Positions 9,765 through 18,779 of a stretch of 64,000 bases of DNA are shown here, in pieces. The notes under the pieces are model-generated. The model saw nothing but the letters and a program-made list of their open reading frames with translations. It was not told the DNA's origin and made no database searches. The stretch comes from an uncultured Actinomycetes bacterium (GTDB taxonomy: Bacteria > Actinomycetota > Thermoleophilia > UBA2241), in contig CAVRZA010000002.1 in assembly GCA_963725665.1 (NCBI GenBank), positions 288,001 through 352,000 of the forward strand, read 5' to 3'. Numbering within the stretch: the stretch's first letter is position 1; the number at the start of each line of letters is the position of its first letter. The translations under genes and the position numbers were made by a program.

Positions 9765-10193
9765 ATGGCCATGCCAGCCGAAGATATCGCCCACAGCAGC
9801 ATCGTCGAGACCCTGGTCGAGAGGGGTTCGTTCAGCACTCTTGTCGAGGCGATCAAGAAAGCCGACCTCGCCGAGACGCTCTCGGGCGACGGGCCGTTCA
9901 CCGTGTTCGCGCCCACCGACGAGGCCTTCGCGAGGCTGCCCGCCGACTTCGACGAGGCCTTGTTGCACGACAAGCGGGCTCTACACGAAGTACTCAAGTA
10001 CCACGTCGTCTCCGGCGCCCTCACGTCGTCCGACGTGGCTCGGCTCGGCTCGGCCCGCTCGCTGAGGGCCGAGGAGTTGAGCTTCTACGTAGAAGGCGGC
10101 GCCGTCACGGTGAACGGTGCGCGCTTCATGCAGACTGATATCGCGTGCGGCAACGGGATCATTCACGCCATCGACAGAGTGCTGACCCTCTAG
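9765..10193 (+). CDS. Fasciclin (FAS1) domain protein
   Basis: FSTLVEAIKKADLAETLSGDGPFTVFAPTDEAF, LKYHVV and NGIIHAIDRVL; SD GGGAGA upstream. Confidence 0.92.
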   Translation: MAMPAEDIAHSSIVETLVERGSFSTLVEAIKKADLAETLSGDGPFTVFAPTDEAFARLPADFDEALLHDKRALHEVLKYHVVSGALTSSDVARLGSARSLRAEELSFYVEGGAVTVNGARFMQTDIACGNGIIHAIDRVLTL

Positions 10194-10326
10194 GTCAGAT
10201 CAGACCGCCGGGCGACGCCTCGCTGGCGTCGCGCCCGCCCGCCTAGGCTGGGATGCGGACACGGGCGCAGCTCGTTTCGAGTACACTTCGCCTCTGAACC
10301 AGAGACCGACGGGATTGAAGGAGTCC

Positions 10327-11337
10327 GTGGCGGAGGGGATCGATCGCGCGCAGTTCTTGAGGATCGCCGGCGCCATGGCCGGGTTGGCGGTGCTGGGCGG
10401 GGCCGGCTGCGGCTCCTCGCCGCAGCCGGCCCCGCCCAGCACCGCGTCCACCGGCTCGCCGCTCTCGCCGGCGTCCCGACCACCCGAGACCGCCACGCCG
10501 ACGAAGACGCCGACCTCGATCCCCTCTGCCAGCGCCGCCTACCTCGCCGTCGCCCACGGCGAGGACCCGGCTCGCATCACGGCGGCGGCGATCGACGCCA
10601 TCGGCGGCATGGGGCGCTTCGTGGCCAAGGGCGCCGACGTCATCGTGAAGCCGAACGTGTGCGTGGCTCGCGCGCCCGAGTACGCGGCGACGACGAACCC
10701 CGCGGTCGTCGCGACGCTCGTCGATCTCGCCCTCAAGGCCGGGGCGCGCCGCGTGCGCGTCATGGACCTGGGGTTCGGGTCGCCGATGAGGGAGGCTTAT
10801 CAGGCGAGCGGCATCCAGCAGGCCGTCGAGGGCGTCGGGGGGACGGTCGAGATCATGGTGCCCTTCAAGTTCGTGGCGGCGGCGATCCCGCAGGGCAGGA
10901 GCATCCACTCGTGGCCCGTCTACCGCGACATCATGACGGCCGACCTGGTCATCAACGTCCCCATCGCGAAGGATCACGGACTGACCGCGCTGACCCTGGG
11001 AGGCAAGAACCTCATGGGCGTCATCACCGACCCCAGCGGCCTTCACGGCGACATCGGCCAGCGCGTCGCCGACCTGGTCAGCGCGGTGCGCCCGGCCCTG
11101 ACCGTGGTCGACGCCTACCGCATCCTCACCCAGAACGGGCCCACCGGCGGGAGCCTGGAGTACGTCAAGCAGACGCGGCAGGTGATCGCCAGCCACGACA
11201 TCGTCGCCGCCGACGCCTACGCCGCCACTCTGTTCGACATGAAAGGCACCGACGTCCCGTACGTCGCGGCCGAGGCGAAGATGGGTCTCGGCCAGGTGGA
11301 CTTGAGGCGTATCAAGATCAAGGAGATCGCGCTCTAG
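10327..11337 (+). CDS. DUF362-family protein with a Tat-like/lipoprotein signal
   Basis: IDRAQFLRIAG...GGAGC signal, Pro/Thr-rich linker, VIVKPN, TTNPAVV, INVPIAKDHG, LGGKNLMG, DIVAADAYA. Confidence 0.85.
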   Translation: MAEGIDRAQFLRIAGAMAGLAVLGGAGCGSSPQPAPPSTASTGSPLSPASRPPETATPTKTPTSIPSASAAYLAVAHGEDPARITAAAIDAIGGMGRFVAKGADVIVKPNVCVARAPEYAATTNPAVVATLVDLALKAGARRVRVMDLGFGSPMREAYQASGIQQAVEGVGGTVEIMVPFKFVAAAIPQGRSIHSWPVYRDIMTADLVINVPIAKDHGLTALTLGGKNLMGVITDPSGLHGDIGQRVADLVSAVRPALTVVDAYRILTQNGPTGGSLEYVKQTRQVIASHDIVAADAYAATLFDMKGTDVPYVAAEAKMGLGQVDLRRIKIKEIAL

Positions 11338-11473
11338 AGACGCTCGCGTGGCGGGACGCCCGCCATTACCGTGCGTCGAGCGCCGTCCGGCGGGTCAGCA
11401 GCGTCCCCGTTCGCTCCTAGCCTCATCGTTGGCGTAGAATCCCACTATCCCCGGTGGCGGCGTTACCGGCCCC

Positions 11474-11974
11474 GTGAGCGGGGGTAAGAGAGAGCAAGAT
11501 GGCACTGGGCCGGCATCGCCTGCGGCCCTACGAGGCAAGGAGCTTCCGGTGGACGACATACACGACGAGGTATTGCGCGTCTTCAACGACGCGTGCATGC
11601 CTCGCGCCAGGCAGCGGAGCACGGGACATGGGTTCTGCCCCCTGGCAGACGTGTTCTTCGAGGAGCCGACGGGTGAGATCGTCGTGCGGCTGGAGCTGCC
11701 GGGTGTGAATCGCGATGAGATACAGCTCTACGTCGAGCGGCGTCAGCTCACGGTTCGCGGGCGGCGCGAGTTCCCCGCCGGTGAGGGGCGGGTCTACCAG
11801 CAGGTGGAGATGGACTACGGCCCCTTCGACCGGCGCATCCGCCTGGCCGTCGACGCCGACGTCGACAAGACGTACGCCACCTACGACGAGGGAGTGCTCG
11901 AGATCAGATTGCCGCTGCTCACGCAGGAGTCCAAGGTGCAGCAGGTCCCCATCAAGGTCGAGGCCAAGCCATGA
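11474..11974 (+). CDS. Hsp20/alpha-crystallin small heat-shock protein
   Basis: ELPGVNRDEI, YGPFDRRIRL and ATYDEGVLEIRLP; ATGA overlap with lon. Confidence 0.9.
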   Translation: MSGGKREQDGTGPASPAALRGKELPVDDIHDEVLRVFNDACMPRARQRSTGHGFCPLADVFFEEPTGEIVVRLELPGVNRDEIQLYVERRQLTVRGRREFPAGEGRVYQQVEMDYGPFDRRIRLAVDADVDKTYATYDEGVLEIRLPLLTQESKVQQVPIKVEAKP

Positions 11975-14415
11975 GCAGCGAAGAGGTCGTCGTCCAGACC
12001 GACGAGGCGCAGCAGGAGATCCCCTCGGTCCTGCCCGTCCTGCCCCTGCGCGACACCGTCGTCTTTCCCGACACCATGATCCCGCTGACGATCGGCCAGC
12101 AACGCTCGATCAAGCTCATCGACGAGGTCCTGGCGAGCGACCGCCTGCTCGTCCTCGTGGCCTCCAAGAACCCCGAGCTCGAGACGCCGGGCCCGGCCGA
12201 GCTCTTCGAGATCGGCACCGTGGCGCTGGCGCACAAGATGGTCAAGCTGCCCGACAACACGATGCGTATCCTCGTGCAGGGCGTGCGTCGCGTGCGCGTC
12301 ACCTCCTACACCGAGGAGGAGCCGTACCTCAAGGCGAGCATCGAGGAGATCGACGACATCGTCGTCGAGAGCAAGGAGGTCGAAGCGCTGCGCGCCAACC
12401 TCCTCTCGGTGTTCTCGAAGATCGTCGACCTCGTGCCCTATCTGCCCGAGGAGCTCGAGATGGCGGCGGCCAACGTCGAGCAGCCCGGCGCCCTCGCCTT
12501 TCTCATCGCCAGCACGATGCGCATCAAGACCGAAGACAAGCAGGCGCTGCTCGAGGAGTCTGACGTCGAGCAGCGCCTGCGCAAGCTGACGAGCATCCTC
12601 ACGCGCGAGCTCGAAGTGCTCGAGCTGGGCTCCAAGATCCAGCAGGACGTGCGTTCCGAGATCGACAAGACGCAACGCGAGTACTTCCTGCGCCAGCAGC
12701 TCAAGGCCATCCAGGCGGAGCTCGGCGAGACCGACGAGCAGCAGAAGGAGGCCAACGAGCTGCGCGAGAAGATCGAGTCGATGAAGCTGCCCGAGGAGGT
12801 CGCCAAGGCGGCTCACCGCGAGCTCGACCGCCTCGCCAACCTCGCGCCGCAGAGCGCCGAGTATCCGGTCATCCGCAACTACCTCGACTGGATCATCACC
12901 CTGCCCTGGGACACCTCGAGCGAGGACAACCTCGAGCTGCAGCACGCGCGCGAGATCCTCGACCGCGACCACTACGACCTCGAGAAGGTCAAGGACCGCA
13001 TCGTGGAGTATCTGGCCGTGCGCAAGCTCAAGGCCGACCTGCACGGGCCGATCCTCTGCTTCGTCGGCCCACCCGGCGTGGGCAAGACCTCGCTCGGCCA
13101 CTCCATCGCCGAGGCGATGGGGCGCAAGTTCGAGCGCATCAGCGTGGGCGGGGTGCGCGACGAGGCCGAGATCCGCGGTCACCGCCGCACCTACGTCGGC
13201 GCCATGCCGGGCATCATCCTGCGCGCCATCCGCGACGCCGGCACCAACAACCCGCTGTTCATGATCGACGAGATCGACAAGACCGGCGCCGACTGGCGCG
13301 GCGACCCGGCGAGCGCGCTCCTCGAGGTCCTCGACCCCGAGCAGAACTTCACCTTCCGCGACCATTACCTCGACCTGCCCTTCGACCTCTCGAAGGTCAT
13401 GTTCATCACCACGGCCAACCAGCTCGAGCCGATCCCGCCGCCGCTGCGCGACCGCATGGAGATCATCCCGCTGGCCGGCTACACGATCGAGGAGAAGCTG
13501 CACATCGCGACCAACTACCTGGTGCCCAAGCAGGTCGAGACCAACGGCCTGAGCAAGGACCAGGTGCGCTTCGACCGCGCGGCGCTGCGCGAGATCGTCG
13601 CCGCCTACACGCAAGAGGCGGGCGTGCGCAACTTCGAGCGCGAGATCGGCAGCGTGTGCCGCAAGCTGGCCACGCTGGTCGCGGAGGGCAAGGGCGAGAA
13701 GTTCCGCGTGACGCCGAAGAAGGTGCACGAACTGCTGGGGCGTCCGCGCGTATTCCCCGAGGTCAAGCGGCGCACCTCCGACGCCGGCGTCGCCACCGGC
13801 CTCGCCTGGACGCCCGCCGGCGGCGATATCCTGTTCATCGAGGCGACGGCGATGCCGGGCAGCGGGCACCTGACGGTGACCGGTCAGCTCGGCGACGTGA
13901 TGAAGGAGTCGGCGCAGGCTGCAGTCAGCTACGTGCGCGCCCACGCCGAGGAGCTCGGTGTGCCCGACGACTACTTCCAGAAGCATGACCTGCACATCCA
14001 CGTGCCGGCGGGGGCGATCCCCAAGGACGGTCCCAGCGCCGGGGTGACCATGGCTACGGCCGTGGCCTCGCTCGTGACGGGCAAGCCGGTGAGTGCCGAT
14101 GTCGCCATGACCGGCGAGGTCACGCTCACGGGGCAGGTGCTGCCCATCGGGGGGCTCAAGGAGAAGACGCTCGCGGCGCAGCGGGCCGGCATCAGCACGG
14201 TCATCCTGCCGACGCGCAACGAGGTCGACCTTGAGGACGTGCCCGAGAACCTGCGCAAGAAGATGAAGTTCGTGCCCGTCGACCGGGTCGAGGAAGTGTG
14301 GGCGGCCTCGATGGGGCTGAAGCTCAACGGTCGCAAGACGGCGAACGGGCCGCGACCGGTCGGAGAGCGCAAGGCGGCCGCAGACAGGTCGGCTGCGGGG
14401 AAGAAGAAGGCCTAG
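11971..14415 (+). CDS. lon: ATP-dependent Lon protease
   Basis: LPVLPLRD N-domain, GPPGVGKTS Walker A, RGHRRTYVGAMPG, PKDGPSAG (catalytic Ser), GGLKEK. Confidence 0.98.
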   Translation: MSSEEVVVQTDEAQQEIPSVLPVLPLRDTVVFPDTMIPLTIGQQRSIKLIDEVLASDRLLVLVASKNPELETPGPAELFEIGTVALAHKMVKLPDNTMRILVQGVRRVRVTSYTEEEPYLKASIEEIDDIVVESKEVEALRANLLSVFSKIVDLVPYLPEELEMAAANVEQPGALAFLIASTMRIKTEDKQALLEESDVEQRLRKLTSILTRELEVLELGSKIQQDVRSEIDKTQREYFLRQQLKAIQAELGETDEQQKEANELREKIESMKLPEEVAKAAHRELDRLANLAPQSAEYPVIRNYLDWIITLPWDTSSEDNLELQHAREILDRDHYDLEKVKDRIVEYLAVRKLKADLHGPILCFVGPPGVGKTSLGHSIAEAMGRKFERISVGGVRDEAEIRGHRRTYVGAMPGIILRAIRDAGTNNPLFMIDEIDKTGADWRGDPASALLEVLDPEQNFTFRDHYLDLPFDLSKVMFITTANQLEPIPPPLRDRMEIIPLAGYTIEEKLHIATNYLVPKQVETNGLSKDQVRFDRAALREIVAAYTQEAGVRNFEREIGSVCRKLATLVAEGKGEKFRVTPKKVHELLGRPRVFPEVKRRTSDAGVATGLAWTPAGGDILFIEATAMPGSGHLTVTGQLGDVMKESAQAAVSYVRAHAEELGVPDDYFQKHDLHIHVPAGAIPKDGPSAGVTMATAVASLVTGKPVSADVAMTGEVTLTGQVLPIGGLKEKTLAAQRAGISTVILPTRNEVDLEDVPENLRKKMKFVPVDRVEEVWAASMGLKLNGRKTANGPRPVGERKAAADRSAAGKKKA

Positions 14416-14476
14416 GCGGCCGGCTCTTTGTCTCTTCCCGTGTCGCGTCACGACGGTCTAGACTCGACGCTCGGTG

Positions 14477-14492
14477 ACCCAACCGGGTAGGT
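14477..14492 (+). promoter_or_regulatory. Putative TetR operator 1 (ACCCAACCGGGTAGGT), downstream of -10 TAGACT (14459-14464)
   Basis: Imperfect palindrome shared with 15311-15326 and 20360-20375. Confidence 0.7.
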
Positions 14493-14503
14493 GAGGAGGA
14501 GGC

Positions 14504-15202
14504 GTGAACGACGGCAAGAGCAGGGTCGGTGGGCCTGGCGAGCGGGTGCCGGCGATGTCCGACTCCAGGACGAGCACCGTTGCGGAGCGCATGCCGTCTG
14601 CGCCCGTGCTCAGTCCGGCCGCTTCCCTGCCCCCGACGGCGCTCAAGATTCTCGAGGCGGCCAAGAAGCTGCTGGCGAGCAAGGGCTATGAGGCGCTGAC
14701 CCTCGAGAGGATCGCCGCCAAGGCCGGCGTCAACAAAGCCTCGACGCGCTACTACTTCGGGAGCAAGGCCGGTCTGCTCGAGGCGATCGTCGATGAGATC
14801 GTCCTCGACGAGTGCGCCCATATGGGGCGCAGCGTCTCGCCCGACGCGCCGCTCGAGGAGCGCGTCGACGGCTTCATACAGGGCGTGCGCAGCATGGCCA
14901 CCGATCCCTCGTCGTTCGGCGGCTTCTACGACATCCTGCCGCGCGCGCTGCGTGACCAGAACTTGCGTGCGCGACTGGTGCGCCTCTACGAGGTCTGGTA
15001 TGCGTGGAACCTGGAGTGGCTGGTGCTGGAGCACGTCGAGAATGAGTCGCAGCGCGAGCAGTTGGCGGCCATAGGACAGCTCACGGCGGCGATCATCGAC
15101 GGTATCTCCGTCCAGGCTTCGATCCACGGCCGGGAATACGATCCCGAACCCACCCTCGAGACGCTCAGATACTGTCTGCTGACGGCGTTGCGCCAGCCGT
15201 AA
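14504..15202 (+). CDS. TetR/AcrR family transcriptional regulator
   Basis: ILEAAKKLLASKGYEALTLERIAAKAGVNKASTRYYFGSKAGL HTH. Confidence 0.93.
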   Translation: MNDGKSRVGGPGERVPAMSDSRTSTVAERMPSAPVLSPAASLPPTALKILEAAKKLLASKGYEALTLERIAAKAGVNKASTRYYFGSKAGLLEAIVDEIVLDECAHMGRSVSPDAPLEERVDGFIQGVRSMATDPSSFGGFYDILPRALRDQNLRARLVRLYEVWYAWNLEWLVLEHVENESQREQLAAIGQLTAAIIDGISVQASIHGREYDPEPTLETLRYCLLTALRQP

Positions 15203-15266
15203 CGAGGGTCGCCCACGGCGCGAAACGGTCGGGTGTCGAGGCCGAGACTCGCGCCGGTCGGATGTC

Positions 15267-15326
15267 TTGTCACCTCGCCTCAGCGCATGGTAGCGTTCGC
15301 CACATCGTTCATCCGTCCGGGTGGAT
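15267..15326 (+). promoter_or_regulatory. mtbB promoter (TTGTCA-18-TAGCGT) with putative TetR operator 2 (ATCCGTCCGGGTGGAT, 15311-15326)
   Basis: Promoter hexamers at 15267-15272 and 15291-15296; the operator lies just after the inferred start site. Confidence 0.7.
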
Positions 15327-15438
15327 AGCAGCCTGTGGTGGAGTGTCGAGGGGCCGGGCCAGGCCGGCGACGGCCAGGACGACAGGGGGTGGTGCGTGTG
15401 AGTCGTAAGACTGGTCGCGGCGTCGAGGGGGTGAGCCC

Positions 15439-16851
15439 GTGAGCGAGATCCTGACGCGCATGGGCGACGGCTACACGGTCGTCATGACTCCCGATGAGGT
15501 GAGGGCCGACCTGGTCGCCGGATCGGAGGACGCCGCCAAGCGGGGCAAGGTCCCCGTGCTCGAGGAGTCGGAGTTCGACTGGCTGTTCGACCTCTTCGCC
15601 AATCCGAGCCGCATCATGGGCGTCGAGCGGGGGCACGAGATCATCCTCACCAAGGACGGCTCGGTCAACACCCTGTACTCGGCGCAGCTCTCGAGCGGCG
15701 TCGGTCTGCCACTGAGCCGCGAGCAGGCCTTCCGCGTCTTCGAACGGGCCTTCTGCTTCGACACCATGGAGATCGGGCATCCCGACTACTCCTTCAAGCC
15801 GGTCAAGGCGATCGTCGCCCTGGAGGCGACCGGGGTCGAGCAGGCGCTGCACGGCACCATCATCCCGGTCTTCTACGGCGCCATGCCCAATTTCGGGCTC
15901 TACGCGCGGCCGGACGGCCCCTTCCCCAACCCCGCCGACCTGCTGCCGAAGGGGCAGATCGCTGAGGCGCGCGAGGCCCAGATGGAGATGGCCGAGATGT
16001 GCCGCGACGACATGGTCTACGTGAGCAAGAAGATGGCGGCGGTGGGGGCCGACGGCATCAATTTCGACACGACCGCCTCAGCGGGCGACGCGGAGTTCCT
16101 CGCCACGCTGCAGGCGGTCGAGGAGCTGGCCGAGAGCACCGACCTCGCGATCGAGGTGGGGATGGCCGCCGAGATGGTGCTCGGCTTCCACGGCCAGCTC
16201 GACTACGACGGCAAGAAGCTCGCCGGCATGTGGCCGCACCAGCAGGTGAAGGTCGTCGAGAAGGCCGGCGCCCATCTCTTCGGCCCCGTCGTGAACACCA
16301 ACACGCGCAAGAGCACGCCCTGGAACGTGGCCCGCGCGGTGACGTTCGTGAAGGAGTGCTCGAAGGTGGCCGAGATCCCCATCCACGCCAACGTCGGCAT
16401 GGGCGTGGGCGGCGTGCCCATGTACGAGATACCACCCGCCGACGTGCTCACGCGTGCGTCGGCGGCGATGGTCGAGATCGGCCGCGTCGACGGGTTGTAG
16501 GTCGGCACGGGCGATCCCTACGGGATGTCCGTGAGTCACGCGCTCGCCTCCGGGATGGGAGGCATCCGCACCGCTGGAGACCTGGTGGCACGGATGCAGC
16601 TCCGCAAGATGAGACTGCGGGAGGCGAAGGAGTACGTGGCCGAGAAGCTCAAGGTGAGCGTCTTCGACCTCGCCGACTCGACCGTGATGCGCGGGCTGCG
16701 GGAGGAGCTCGACATCGGCGTCATCACCGCGGTGCCGGGCTGCGCCAAGGGGCTCGAGGCCAAGGCGCGCATCGCGGACCTGCTCGACATCGAGATCAAC
16801 TCGGTGAAGCGGCTGTTCGACAAGGCCGGCGCGACCAAGGCGAGCCGGTAG
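15439..16851 (+). CDS. mtbB: Pyrrolysine-type dimethylamine:corrinoid methyltransferase family (MtbB); in-frame TAG at 16498-16500; 470 aa with read-through
   Basis: N-terminal [49 protein letters not shown]; then [46 protein letters not shown]...AKEYVAEKL, matching the MtbB DG(I/L)-O-(I/V)G-GDP motif. Confidence 0.96.
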
Positions 16852-16864
16852 GAAGACAGGGAGT

Positions 16865-16898
16865 GGGGCGGCCGGCCGGTTCTGCCGGTCGGCCGCCC
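16865..16898 (+). terminator. GC-rich hairpin after mtbB (terminator or mRNA-stabilising stem)
   Basis: GGGCGGCCGGCCGG-TTCTG-CCGGTCGGCCGCCC. Confidence 0.45.
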
Positions 16899-16930
16899 AC
16901 GACAGGCGAAACGAGAAGGGGGAGCGCGCG

Positions 16931-17112
16931 ATGCCTACACAGGAGGAGCTGGAGCTCAACAAGGAGCTCCGGCAGCGCCTCGAGTTGGTGAACAGCGATC
17001 CTGAGTACGAGGGCGCGCGAGCCGACCGCGGGCGACCAGTGGCTGTTGGCGCCTGGTGGGGCTCATCATTCCCGCCGTGATGATGATCGGGGGGTGGCTG
17101 CTCTATGGCTGA
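16931..17112 (+). CDS. Small single-TM protein upstream of the permease (apparent frameshifts at about 17015-17055); not in the ORF track
   Basis: SD GAAGGGGGAG; MPTQEELELNKELRQRLELVNSDPEYEG..., then in shifted frames ...AGDQWLL..LVGLIIPAVMMIGGWLLYG*. Its stop overlaps the permease ATG. Confidence 0.6.
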
Positions 17113-18653
17113 CATGGCTGCCAATGGAGGCATGGAAGGTCGGCCATCCACCAGGCTGCCGAGGGCAGCTGGCCGGTCCTCCCGGCAGAACGCAACTGGG
17201 GTCTCGTCGGCATCTTCGGCGTGACCATCTCGGCGGGCATCGCCGCCTGGAGCTACGCCATCGGCGGCGCGGTGTCCTGGTATCTCGCCGGCGCGCTGGG
17301 CACGATCGCCATGATCGCCGGCGCGCTCGTGGGCATGTACTTCGTCACTCTGTCGGCGATGCCCGTGAGCACCAAGTACGGCATCGACACCATCGCCGCC
17401 TGCAAACCGCAGTACGGTAACCGCGGTTTCGGCTTCGGCATCTTCGCTCAGTACGCCTCGATCGTGGGGTGGAACTGCATCCTCATCATCCTGTTCGGCA
17501 GAGCCACCGCCAACGTCCTCAACGCCGGCGGCTGGCTGCCCGACAGCTGGGTGTACACCGTCTCCGTGATCGTCTCCCTGGCCACGATCGCCTACTGCTA
17601 CTACCTCGTGATCGGTGGTGCCGATTCGATCCGCAACAACTCCATCTGGATCGCCGTCGCCGTGACCATCGCCGGTCTCGTCGTGCTGGTGCGTCTGCTG
17701 CAGCAGTACGGCTGGACCGACATCGCCAACGCCAAGCCGGCCTACGCCTCGGGCGACCTGCACCTCGACTACACGCTCGGCTTCGAGATCCTCGTCGCCA
17801 CGGTGCTCTCTTGGTGGCCCTACATGGGCGGCATCATGCGCATGAGCAAGAGCGTCAAGCAGGCGCTCCTGCCCTCGATGATCTGCCTCGGCATGATCAC
17901 CGGCGTGATTGGTCTGATCGGCCTCTACGCCGGACTTGCCACGGGCGACCCCGACCCGTCGATCTCGTTCGTGAAGGTGACGGGGCTCTGGATGGGCATC
18001 ATCGCCGTCGTCTTCATCGGCCTGGCCAACGTCGGCACGGCCATCGTCGGCGTCTACGCCACCTGCATCGGGCTCAAGCAGATCCCCGCCTTGCAGTACC
18101 GCCTGACGTGGAAGTGGACGGCCGCCATCGTGCTGGCTCCGGTGGCCTTCATCGCGGCGGTACTCCCCAGCGCGTTCATGAATCACAGCCTCACGTTCAT
18201 GTACTTCCTGGGGCTGCTCTTCGCGCCCATCTGCGCCATCGGGATCGTCGACTACTACCTCTTCCGGCGCCAGAAGCTCGACATGGTGGCCCTGTTCGAC
18301 AACTCGGTGCGGAGCAAGTACGGCTTCTGGGGCGGCGTCAACCCCGCGGCCTTCATCGCCGTGGCGGTCGGCTTCTTCACCTACTGGTACCTGCTCGACC
18401 CCGTGACCTACGTGAGCCACTGGACCGCCGGCTTCAGGTGGATCAGCGCCTCGTTGCCGTCGCTCCTCACGTCGGCCGTCGCGTACTGGGCGGTGACACG
18501 TCTCGTGGTGATCCCGCTCAAGAAGGGGGCTACGAGCGCTACTTCGCGACGCCCGTCGCGGCGGCGCCGGCAGGCGCGGTCTCCGGCTCGGAGCCGGCGA
18601 CGCTGTCGTCCGTCGGCCCCGAGGGACCGGACGGCGGCGCGACCGTGGACTGA
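17105..18653 (+). CDS. NCS1 (cytosine/purine permease family) transporter; apparent frameshifts near 17140 and 18525
   Basis: EGSWPVLPAERNWG, STKYGIDT, YGNRG, about 12 TM, IVDYYLFRRQKLD, GGVNPAAF. The C-terminus GYERYF...ATVD* is reached by adding one G to the AAGGGGGC run. Confidence 0.85.
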
Positions 18654-18710
18654 CAAAAGGAGTACCAGCCGGAGTGAGGCACGTAGCCTGCTGGCTGGAG
18701 AAGAGCGTCG

Positions 18711-18757
18711 AGCGACGGCGCCGCGGGGGGCGTTCCGCCCTCCGCGGCGCCGTCGCT
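18711..18757. terminator. Bidirectional terminator hairpin between the convergent permease and ALDH genes
   Basis: 22-bp stem (one G-U pair) with a 3-nt loop, TTC. Confidence 0.7.
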
Positions 18758-18779
18758 TTCGGCGTCCCTAGATGGCCGC

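Noticed and set aside
11881-14451. Long antisense ORFs (e.g. 856 aa opposite lon; others opposite sdhA, nrdJ and hdrA)
   Set aside because: Expected shadows of strong GC3 bias; no recognisable motifs.
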